Source of the DNA: Antedon mediterranea
Taxonomy: Eukaryota > Animalia > Echinodermata
Reading direction: 5' to 3'
DNA: 64,000 nt
Assembly (NCBI RefSeq): GCF_964355755.1
Contig: NC_092671.1
Coordinates: 33,676,304-33,740,303 of the forward strand
Part shown: one piece after another, positions 53,450 to 64,000 of the stretch
Layout: each line of letters begins with the position of its first letter
Numbering within the stretch: the first letter of the stretch is position 1
Position numbers and translations under genes: made by a program
Notes under the pieces: generated by a model
What the model was told of the DNA's origin: nothing
The model's input: only the letters and a program-made list of their open reading frames with translations
Database searches by the model: none

Positions 53450-56400
53450 TTAGTTTACTCCTTTAGGAGGTAGGCCTACTGAAAGAAAATGGAAATTGTT
53501 TTAAAAGTTAATATCATTTTAACATGCGTATACAATATCAACTATAATAACTACGTTATGCGAAATCTTATTCCCATGTGATATTATGTTGTTTGCACTG
53601 TTATGCCTTATACAAATTACATGATAGGCCTGATTGTCATTATAAACAACACCATTAATAGGATTATTACTGATTAAATCGCTTTACACACAATATTGTA
53701 TTTTAAGATATTTTTAGGATGCACTTCTTTAATTTTGTTTCCTGTTTTCAAATGATATATTATCAGCATTCAATCAGAAACAGATACATTTGGCTTCTTG
53801 TTAAAAGGCATTGATATAATATGAAATGATATTTTTTATTGTTATAAGGGGATATTAGGGATTACCGGGAAAAAAAGTTGAGCAGGGTTCAATTATAACA
53901 AACGCTGGTTTGCAACGAAGGCGTACTGCCATACCTCGGGTAGGTTTATTATTTGGTTCAATTATTCCAGACGCTGGTTTGCAACGAAGGCGTACTGTCA
54001 TACCTCGGATAGGTTTATTACTGGGTTCAATTATACCAAACGCTGGTTTCCAACGACGGCTTACTGCCATACCTCGGGTAGGTTTATTATTGGGTTCAAT
54101 ATACCAACGCTGGTTTGCAACGAAGGCGTACTGCCATACCTCGGGTAAGTTTATTATTGGGTTCAATTATACCAACCGCTGATTTGCAACGAAGGCGTAC
54201 TGCTATACCTTGGGTAGGTTTATTATTGGGTTCAATTATACCAAACGCTGGTTTGCAACGAAGGCGTACTGCCATACCTCGGGTAGATTTATTATTGGGT
54301 TCAATTAAACCAAACGCTGGTTTGTGACGAAGGCGTACTGCATACCTCAGGTAGGTTTGTTATTGGGTTCAATTATACCAAACGCTGGTTTGTGACGAAG
54401 GCGTACTGCCATACCTCGGGTAGGATTATTATCTATATATAAATTTACGTAAGGGAAAAATTCGGTAAACCGCGCCTTACTTCTAGAATTTTTACTCGAT
54501 GGTATATAAAGTTGGTTCGTACTTTCGGTACTGATTTTAACAACCTGATGTAACCCTGTATACTAATTAAATTAAGTTAGATAATTAGTTATTGACGATT
54601 AAAACGATTTGCCCCAAATAGGGGTGTTTTCTGATCGTGGTATAAACTGTCTAATGGATGTCCATCTTGAAAAATACTCGCCACAAAAATGCGAGGAGGC
54701 TTCGCATTTTCCTATCTCCTCCTACGATAATTGTTTTTAATAGCTGAAAACCAGTTGAACAGCTAGAGTGCAGCATCATAATGTTGAAGACAGGCCGATT
54801 TTCTTTAAAAAATACTATTTTGATAGATTTAATATACGATTATACAAATGTATTGATTTGCGATGAATGGAACGTCCCAATCTCTCAGTCTGCCAGAGTT
54901 TGGTTTAACACAAGTAGGTAAATTTATGAGCCCTTGGTTTAACACATACGGTAGATAAATATATGGGCCCTTTGAGAATAAACTTGCAATACTTTGACAA
55001 TACTGTAAATACCTATTAACTATTTTTGGTCCTCATTTGAATCGAGCATTTCCTAAATGCTCATACTATTAGATGTAATATAAAAATATATACAAATAAA
55101 CTTTATTACTGAGATTGTGGATAGGCTCTACTGTTAGATATACAACTTTATACTGACAGTTCCTTCTCAACGTTTGTATTAATTAATAATTACCAAAAAT
55201 AAAACGTCGTAGTGGTGTATCGTGACATGTACTTTAATATTTCAATCGAATATGAAAGTGACAGTTTTAACAAAGTATTAAATCGCAAATGTTTTACTGT
55301 ATTTAGAGGTATATTATTTATAGGCCCAAAAAACATGAAAAAATATTTCGTTACTGAGTGGATAAAGAATATATTTAAAAATTGTTCCTCTTTGTACCTA
55401 TCCGTTTTCCCATCCCTCAAACCTAATGTTACATACAAAACACAAATTGGGTTCTTTAAATGAGTCAAAATAAAAAATTTGGACTCATTTTGTGATAAGT
55501 TTCTCCTTCGGAAGTAATTCCCAGTGTGCTAATTTTAGTTGACTACATAAATCATCGTGTCTATTTATTCGTTTCTGTAAACGACAATGTATTATATAAT
55601 AGTACATTTGAAATCGCCAGTTTTGCTACGCGGAAATTACTGTGTATTCGAGAACCATCTGTGGGCACGACCTAGATGGTACGCGAGCGAAGCGAGCGTA
55701 CCATCTAGTTGGGTTCAATTATACCAAACGCTGGTTTGTGACGAAGGCGTACTGCCATACCTCGGGTAGGTTTATTATTGGGTTCAATTATATCTAACGC
55801 TGGTTTGCAACGAAGGCGTACTGCCATACCTCGGGTAGGTTTTTTATTGGGATTTTAATTTGACTTATTGTACAGTTGTAACTTACCTTCAGTGTTTATT
55901 TTCTTAGGAGGTCCTGAAACAATTAAACAAAAACATAGGAACATTTTGAAATTGATATTCATGTTAACATTTGGATAAGTTATTAGGTTTGCAGGTTTGG
56001 TTATCAAATGCTATCTACTTTTTAACTGGTTTATTATCCCGACGATCTGTTTTATAATCTGAAAAGGAATCAGTAATTAAGTATTTTACATTAGTATTGA
56101 TTGTAGTTGAACATGGTGCATACGACTTTCATAATTACGGTTGAATTGTGTTTTGGCTTTTTAAAAAAAATTTAGATATTTTGATTTATGTAACATATCC
56201 TTTTAAGAGTTTCTTCTATCTTGTGGACATATTTCAGTTTGGTTTTTATTACTTACTTTCAGCGTTTATTTCGATAATAGAAGACTCTGTAACAAAGATT
56301 AGAAGGAAACATGAAGAATACATTGTCATTTTCAACATTAATTATCAAATCCCCTTTTATTTCAACATCTAGAAGGATATTTTGGATTAAAAAAGAAGTT

Positions 56401-59400
56401 ATCAACCTTTTCCTAATACAGGATGTGCGAATACGGGATGATCGATACACACAATTGGTGCTGACCAGGGTTCAATTAGACAAAAGGCTGATTAGCGCTG
56501 AGGGCGTATCCATACTTCGTTTCGGTGTAGGTTTTTTTCTCACACGTCTGTAGAGCGCTTAGATGTTTCACGACATCAAAGAAATTAGCATGCATTAAAC
56601 TTTTAGAATGTTAAAGCGGCAGAAGAAAACTATAAAATGTGCATACTTATTTCCCCACATGTAAGTAAGGTCGTAATATTGATTACGCCTATAATTATAA
56701 AATACTAGAGGGTGAGCTCGCTTCGCTTGCTCCCCCTCTAGAGGAAGTGTAGACGATGGTTTTCGGAATAATATGGAATGACACGGGTAAACATGTTTTA
56801 AAAGGACGTTCTCCTTGTACGTTTTCTGTCGGTTACCATTATTGAAAATGCTTGACAGATCGTAAAACTAAACCTGTCTTAGATGATTAATAATATTTTA
56901 AAGTGTAGTGTTTATTGTTTGGTAGGGCCATTATAGGTTGGAGGTGTGGAGGCGGAGATCATTTTTTAGGTAGGTGCATATTCGAGGGATATGTTTAATT
57001 TTGTGTTTTAATAATATGGTAACATTATTTTATAATCAAATAAAATCCTCTAATAGATATGAAAAGTGGTAAAAAGAATAACAGATGCTTGGTAAATTGT
57101 AGATAACAGTGAGATGAATTCTACTACAAAAAGTATAATTGTGTTATTATAAATATAATACTTTATTGTTGTGTATTATAAATGAGGATATGCGTTTATT
57201 ATTCAAATTGATTTTTTTAGGAGACGCGTTTATTCAAATAAATACCGTCCTACTAATTAATACTTTATTTAATTTAAACATCTTTTGAAATTAACTTCTG
57301 CGACAAAGTGGGCCGTTTCAGCCCAGGAAAGAAGACATTTTAGACATCCTGGTACTAACGGGACACAGATAGCTTACAGTTATTCCTGCCAGCTTACTCA
57401 ATAAAACTCGGCTATCGGGATTTCACTCGATTTAAAAAAAATCAAATCTCCCTATGTAAACTATTAATACTATTCCCCAAAATATATTTCGATGCTTTAT
57501 GGCGTATATTTAATTTTATCTTTATCAATTTGCAGTATAATTTTTATTTTTTAACTACTGTACCTTCGCACGCGTGGTCCGGTCCTAAAATAAACAAAAA
57601 CATCTAAAATGGCTATAGCCTATGACTATATAACGACCAACTTAGTTGAAACCAGGTTGTTGCAAAGTGAACTCATTGTGAACCCGGAAATTACTTTGAC
57701 CACGTAGAATTTAAATTGAGTTGAAAATCTACCGTTGAAATCATAAATTTTGTTAAAAAACTCTTTATAATATGTTTCTAAGATAGAAATATGGAACAAT
57801 ATCGTAATAGTAAAATCCATTGTTGTCAAATTTAGATTTCAAGGTACATCTGAGATAGATCAGGTAGGCATCCAAGGCAGAGATTTGTACCGAAGTTTTT
57901 TTTATGCTCGTCTAATTTATGTCAGAATTAACCATAATTTATATATAGATTATGATTATTAAAATAATAAAATAGAATAATATAGTATACTCTCACCTTC
58001 TTCACCTCGACGAACTCTGTCATGAACTGAAATAACATAACATATTAAAAATGGGTGATTGATAGCAAGGAATATTGCATTAAAACATTGAATGTTAGTG
58101 TTTGTGTTAAACAGAGGTGAAGTTTATGCTTAAGATTGATTCCATTGTGTTTTTGAATTCATTATTCACTGTGTAAACGTAATATGTGGTCCCCTACCGG
58201 TATCGTTTATATTATAGTAATGTGTATTAAATTTGCGAATAAATATAATTATTACTGTACATTGAACATAAAAAGAAATATATAATACATAATTATATTA
58301 CATGGTATTAAAATGTTGAAAATCATAAATTATCAAAGCAATGATTATCCGCTATCATCGTATTTATTTTATTTTATGAATACTGTTATTCCATTATGAG
58401 GTTCTGAAACAGATCAGACAAAAGGCATGAACACTTTGAAATTTATATTCATGTAACAGATAAGTTGATGTTTGTAACCGTGTTTATCAAAATGTGTTAT
58501 CTACATCTAGTTTAGGTCAACATCTTGAAGGTTTTGTTTAATCCAAAAAGCAATTCACCAAAGTAGCCTACTAATGTAAGAATGTATGCCTATGGTTATA
58601 ATGAACATGGTACACAGACAATGCAAATGGTTGTATTTTTGTTCGAATTAAGTTCACGTACCGTGCGGTACGGTAATTAGTTCTACCTAACAGAAAAGTG
58701 ACGATGCGTAAAGATAATAAATTTAATGATAAAGTGATGATAATTAATGTTTCTAATTTGTCTCGTGTCGTCTCTATATAAATTTCTTTCTGAAGGAAGG
58801 CAGACGGCAGGTAGGCCTAGTTTGAATTATACACAAAATATCTAGGCCTAGGCCCATATTGAAGAAATAATTCAGAGTAGGTGTTAAACTTCTTCTATCG
58901 GTTGCATTAAATATAGGTACACTTTTGTTATTTATTCTAACTAAACATCTACAATGGCCAACGTGGAAAACAAAGAGCCAAATATTTCTAATTTAAATAT
59001 TAGCGCCGCTGAACCGAACACCTGGCTGTCGACTCTCATCAAGTCAATCATGGGCTGCAAAACCATTGCTGATATTATATCTACATTATGCGACGCAGTC
59101 ACCAAGATTGTCTCCTTGGAAAAAGACATTACCACCCTCAATCTTGAAATCACCGGTTTACAAAAAGAACTGAGGAATTTGCACGCCGATATGCAGGAAA
59201 ATTCTGATTTCATGGATGTTAAGCTGAAGGATATTGCCGAGGATACGCAGCAATCCACTACGGAATGCATAGAAGAGATACGTGACAAAATTGACAACCT
59301 AGAAGGACGTCAACGCCGTAACAATCTGATGTTTACTGGCATACCCGAACAAGCGGAGGATAGTGAAGGTACTGTTAATTTCCTTTCCTCATTTATCTCC

Positions 59401-62400
59401 AATACCACCGGCATCAAAATCGCTAATGATGATATACAACGAGCCCATCGAGTTGGACCACGTAATACCACCAGGGATAAACCGAGACCACTTGTTGCAT
59501 ACTTTCTCAGATATTCTACTAAAGAAAGAGTACGCAAGGCAGCTCCAAAAGTGAGACCTAAATTTAAAGATAATAACATCTACGTAAATAATGATTTTAT
59601 CAGCAAAGTGATAAGTAGAAGAAAGGCATTATACTCATCGATGAAATACCTGCATTCCAACAAAGTAAAGGCCTGGCTCCACCTTGACAAATTGCGTTAC
59701 ATAGATGCAAATGGTTATGTTCGCACATTCATCGACATGGATCATCTTGCCAAATACTACCCGAACCTCAAGGAAGCACATGCCCCCGTAGCTACTGAGT
59801 AATTCTAGTCGTCGCAATAATTTAACTTTACTTTGACTCTACTTACCGTCAACCGAAATATTACCTATAATATATTTTTATTTCAAGAATTGTTTATTTT
59901 GCTTCTCATTAATTATGTATTAATGTATACAGTCTCATGCATGCTTATTGCTGTATTTCTTTTTTAGATAACGCTATACGCAGCTATTGTTAATGAATGT
60001 TAATTATCTTCACTTACTTCCTTTTTATGACTTTAATGTGAACTCTGAACTTACTAACAACAATGATATTTCTAACATAACCTTTAATCCAGTTAATTAC
60101 AATGAAAATGAAAAATATGATGAATCTTTTGATCAACTAATTAATAATCTCAATTCACAGTCGGTTACCCTAGATGAATGCAGCTTTTATGATTATTCAC
60201 AATTTAATTCTAAGTTTAATACATCCTTTAATACTAAACTATCTCTCCTGCATCTTAATATTAGAAGTATTACGCATAAAGTTAATGATCTCGAATGCCT
60301 TTTGAATTCAATTAATAACAAATTTTCCATAATCGGTATCAGTGAAACATGGCTTAATGAAAACTCCCCTATTCCTTTCATTAATAATTACTCCTTCTTT
60401 GCAAGCAATAGAAGCAATAATCAAATTGGCAGAGGAGTTGCATTTTTTATACGTAATGATATTAGCATTACAATTCGAAATGACTTAAAATTACCAGACG
60501 ACCTTTCCGAATCACTTTTTGTTGAGATTGAAAATTCAAAGACAAAAAATGATATTATAGGCATTATTTACAGAGCCCCCTGTGGAGGGCTAGATTATTT
60601 TACTAAATCCGTCGATAATGTATTAACCCAAATTAACAATGAAAACAAAAATTGTCATCTCATGGGAGACTTCAATATTGATTTATTGAAATTCCATAAC
60701 CATAAATTAACAAACACCTACCTAAATACCTTAATTTCCCATTTTTTTTCCAACTATTTCAAAACCAACTAGGATTACCTCAACTTCGGCCACCTTGATT
60801 GATCATTTTTATTCCAAACAATCTAACTATAAAATAGTTGCTGGTGTTTTACTTAATGATATCTCCGACCACCTTCCTATATTTCAGTTCATTGATCAAG
60901 AAATTAATGATCAAAACCTTGATGATAATAGCGCCAACTATTCATTTCGTATAAACGACCTAAATGCCTTATCGATTGATTTAGAAGGTGAAGACTGGTC
61001 TATGATATTTGATTGTGACCCAAGATTGAGTTTTGATATATTTATTGAAAAATTTACAAATATCCACTCCAGACACTTGGTTAAAAGTAGTATAAAATCA
61101 AATAAAACGTTTAAACAACCATGGATGTCATCTGCTCTCTTAAAATGTAGTTCTCGGAAACATAAACTTTATAACAAATATATGCACACACGTAGTAATA
61201 ATGACAAATTAAACTATACAAAATATAATAATATTTTCACTAATCTTTGTCGCACTGCTAAAAAGAATTATTATACTTCCCAGTTTGATAGATATAAAGG
61301 TAATCTGAAGAACACATGGCTTGTAATAAATTCTGTTTTAAATAAAGGTAATAATAATAACAAGCACCCGAATCTAATTAAAGACGGTGATAATATTTAC
61401 AAAACTCAAAAAGAGATATGTGAATCGTTTAACAACTATTTTTCTACAATTGGTCCTAATCTTATTAATAGTATGCCAACTAATATAACTGATCCATTAT
61501 CTTATCTTCATTCTGCGTTTGCCAACTCATTTTATATTAGCCCAGTTTCAATTGATGATGTTAACCTAACTATATACAATCTAAATTCTAATAAAGGGTC
61601 TGGATCTGACGGTATTACTGCTCGTGTCTTAAAATCTGTATCTCCCTTAATCATCAACCAACTTACCCATTGTATAAATTCATCTTTTTTATCTGGCACT
61701 TTTCCAACACACTTAAAACTAGCTAAAGTTGTGCCCATTTTCAAGAAAGGTGAACGAAGTCAATTATCTAATTACCGGCCAATATCACTACTTTCAGTGT
61801 TTTCCAAAATTATTGAAAAACTCATGTATTCTAAACTTTCTGATTATCTCACAAAATTTGATATACTTAATAAACGCCAATATGGTTTTCGAAAAAATCA
61901 CTCTACATCCCATGCCGTTTTAGATCTTATTAATAATATTACAAATTCATTTGAATCAAAAGAAAATTTATTAAGTTTATTTATTGATCTTTCAAAGGCC
62001 TTCGATGTTATTAATCACAATAATTTAATTAAAAAACTTGAGTGCTATGGAATTAGAGGTATTTCATTGAATTGGTTTAATAGTTATTTGAAAGATAGAA
62101 AACAATATGTTGCATTAGGATCTTGTACATCGTCGACGATGGATATTACTTGCGGAGTGCCACAGGGATATGTGCTTGGGCCATTGCTCTTCCTTATTTA
62201 TGTTAATGATCTGGCTAATGTCAGTAACAAATTGCAAGTAATATCCTTCGCCGACGACACCACCTTATTTTACTCTAATTCCAATATTGATTTATTATTT
62301 ACTACATTCAATGATGAATTAACAAAATTTTGGGACTGGTTTATTTCAAACAAATTACTTATTAATACTCTTAAAACAAATTATTAAATTTTTCACAATT

Positions 62401-63874
62401 CTCAACGTAAACTAAAAGTTGATGACCTAAATATACTTCTTGGCGGAATTCAAATTGAACGCAAAACTGAAACACTTTTTTTAGGTGTATATATTCATGA
62501 AAACCTCAAATGGACCAGTCATCAAAATTACGTTTCGAAAAAAATATCAAGATCTATTAGTATTATTAACAGACTTAAGCACTTCTTCCCTCTAAATATT
62601 TTTAATTTCTCTTTATAACACACTTGTACTTCCTTATTTCTAGTATTGTAACATTATTTGGGCTGCAGATTACTCTTCTAATATTGCTAGATTAACTAAA
62701 TTACAAAAACGTGCAGCTAGAATTATTACTTTTTCACCATATAGAACCTCATCTGAACCCCTTTTTAAACGTCTTGGTATATTAAAATTAACGGATATCC
62801 ACAATGTTCAAGTTGCCAGTTTTATGTTTAATTATTTTAAAAACCAACTTCCTATTTCTATGATTGATATGCTCTGTAAACGTACCAAATTTCACAATTA
62901 CAATTTAAGAACTTCTCATTTAAACATTCCTTTTGCTAGACTTACAAAAACTAAATTTTTTATAACTATATCAGGTCCTAATTTGTGGAATCATATCCCA
63001 CCAAATATCAAAACGTCAATATCATTATTTACTTTCCGAAAAAAGTTAAAGAATCATTATATATCTAAATATTATACTGCTTAGTTAATATGCTTATTAT
63101 CATTATTTATACTCATATACTATTTATGTCTTACACAAAATATTAGTTGTTGTTTATTATTGCAATCTTTAATCTATACTATATATAATGTATATAGTAT
63201 ATACTATATATATACTGGAATTATAATTTATGTATACATATTTTTTTTTTTCATTTACCAATATCGGTAGTTATTTCATTTATAATTATCATGAAACTAT
63301 TGAAATATAATTTAAATAATTTTTATAAAGAAGATGTTAGTTATGTTATTATACTGTAATTTTTTATCCTAAATTATATAATTATATATTCTAGGTTATT
63401 TTTATTTTTTTAGTAATGTGTTTTGTTATGGGTCCCTACGAGACAAGTTTTTAACTTCTAGAAGGGATCTATGATAATAATGACTACCAATTACTGCTTT
63501 ATCTATGTTCACTTTAATATCTTTTTTCTATTTTGTATATATTCATTCATTATTATCTAAATAAATATTATCTGAATCTGAATCTGAATACCGTTTGAGC
63601 TAAGTCGACGTTCACAGTATAATTACAGTTCCTACGCATAAATACCTATCGTCAGAATCATCCCCGATGATGATAGAATTGATTTAGAAATATTGATTGC
63701 TTGCACCATGACGTGCATTCGATAACGTTTGTAAAGCTCTTTCTTCAATCTACACTATCAAACTAGTTTGACAAAGGAAGTTTTTTTTACAAATTATACT
63801 GCTTGTTATGCATATTTTTTTTAAATTTTTAAACTTACCTTCAGCGTTTAATCCATATCTTTTAGCAGCAGGTT
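53450..63874 (-). CDS. Gene B2, paralog of B1, 3' five exons only: 63874-63839, 58026-57997, 56286-56257, 55913-55887, 53478-53450. Possibly a pseudogene
   Basis: Exons and splice sites are intact (..PAAKRYGLNAEVHDRVRRGEEESSIIEINAERPPKKINTEVGLPPKGVN*). At ~63957 the sequence jumps to the equivalent of ~28080, skipping the region that holds B1 exons 1-2. Confidence 0.65.
53884..55852. repeat. Paralogous 69-bp satellite (~10 units) split by a Helitron
   Basis: Same unit at 53884-54431 and 55709-55852. Confidence 0.93.
54432..55708 (+). mobile_element. Non-autonomous Helitron, family 1, complete (1277 bp), inserted in the 69-bp satellite
   Basis: Starts TC, ends CTAG, and sits between A and T of the satellite unit (ttatta|ttgggttc) with no TSD. 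3' hairpin CTAGATGGTACGC..GCGTACCATCTAG. Confidence 0.92.
58954..59802 (+). CDS. LINE ORF1 protein (coiled coil plus L1-ORF1/RRM-like region), 282 aa
   Basis: IDNLEGRQRRNNLMFTGIPE, IQRAHRVG, PRPLVAYF and IYVNNDF motifs. Confidence 0.88.
   Translation: MANVENKEPNISNLNISAAEPNTWLSTLIKSIMGCKTIADIISTLCDAVTKIVSLEKDITTLNLEITGLQKELRNLHADMQENSDFMDVKLKDIAEDTQQSTTECIEEIRDKIDNLEGRQRRNNLMFTGIPEQAEDSEGTVNFLSSFISNTTGIKIANDDIQRAHRVGPRNTTRDKPRPLVAYFLRYSTKERVRKAAPKVRPKFKDNNIYVNNDFISKVISRRKALYSSMKYLHSNKVKAWLHLDKLRYIDANGYVRTFIDMDHLAKYYPNLKEAHAPVATE
59987..63084 (+). pseudogene. LINE ORF2 (AP endonuclease plus reverse transcriptase), disrupted
   Basis: HLNIRS, ISETWL, MGDFNID, SDHLP (endonuclease); NYRPISLL, QYGFR, FIDLSKAFD, GVPQGYVLGP, FADDT (RT). 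Split by frameshifts or stops near 60750, 62385 and 62600-62645. Confidence 0.92.
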
Positions 63875-64000
63875 CTGAAGCAATAAAGAAAAAAATAACT
63901 TTAAAGTGTATAAGTTTTCAAATTAGATTAATAATATATTGTGCTTTGATTTTTTTCATGTTTTCAATTCAATTCAACTCAAAATAACATTTAGTTACTT

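Larger units (their letters stand above)
58897..63589 (+). mobile_element. Near full-length CR1/L2-group LINE, antisense in a B2 intron
   Basis: ORF1, APE-RT ORF2, 3' UTR with AATAAA and a (CTGAAT)3 tail. Empty site in B1 at ~26008-26016. Confidence 0.92.
44621..64000 (+). repeat. Second copy of a segmental duplication of ~1-28120
   Basis: Colinear unique sequence, e.g. 1895-2150 = 46864-47110, 15140-15490 = 50975-51355, 20070-20720 = 53235-53885, 23120-26010 = 55850-58896, 26015-26390 = 63588-63955. Confidence 0.92.

Noticed and set aside
1-64000. Species assignment (frequent TAGGCCTA motifs hint at a marine invertebrate such as an echinoderm)
   Set aside because: Impression only. There is no conserved marker gene in the window to support it.

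Overview
AT-rich, intron-rich animal (invertebrate-type) genomic DNA, not prokaryotic. The main signal is missed by the ORF track: a cluster of five related micro-exon genes, reconstructed by hand from splice sites. They are A1 (+, 5' part upstream of the window), B1 (-), C (-), A2 (+) and B2 (-, 5' part absent). Each complete gene has a 14-17 nt ATG exon, a signal-peptide exon, then a string of 18-57 nt phase-1/phase-1 exons. In A and C a dedicated R-x-R-R (furin/proprotein-convertase site) exon alternates with variable peptide exons; B has one such exon. The genes therefore appear to encode secreted multi-peptide precursors built from exon modules. The A+B pair lies in a tandem segmental duplication (about 1-28.1 kb vs 44.6-64 kb) whose copies differ by many TE insertions. 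These include a full-length two-gene PIF/Harbinger element whose transposase has an E->K change at the predicted third catalytic residue, non-autonomous Helitrons, a Helentron/DINE-like element, a CACTA/EnSpm-like element with a nested TIR element, a TA-flanked TIR element and a near-full-length decayed CR1/L2-type LINE. Also present are a 69-bp satellite and an inverted array of six tRNA-like Pol III units. Gene models are inferred from sequence only, with no expression data.
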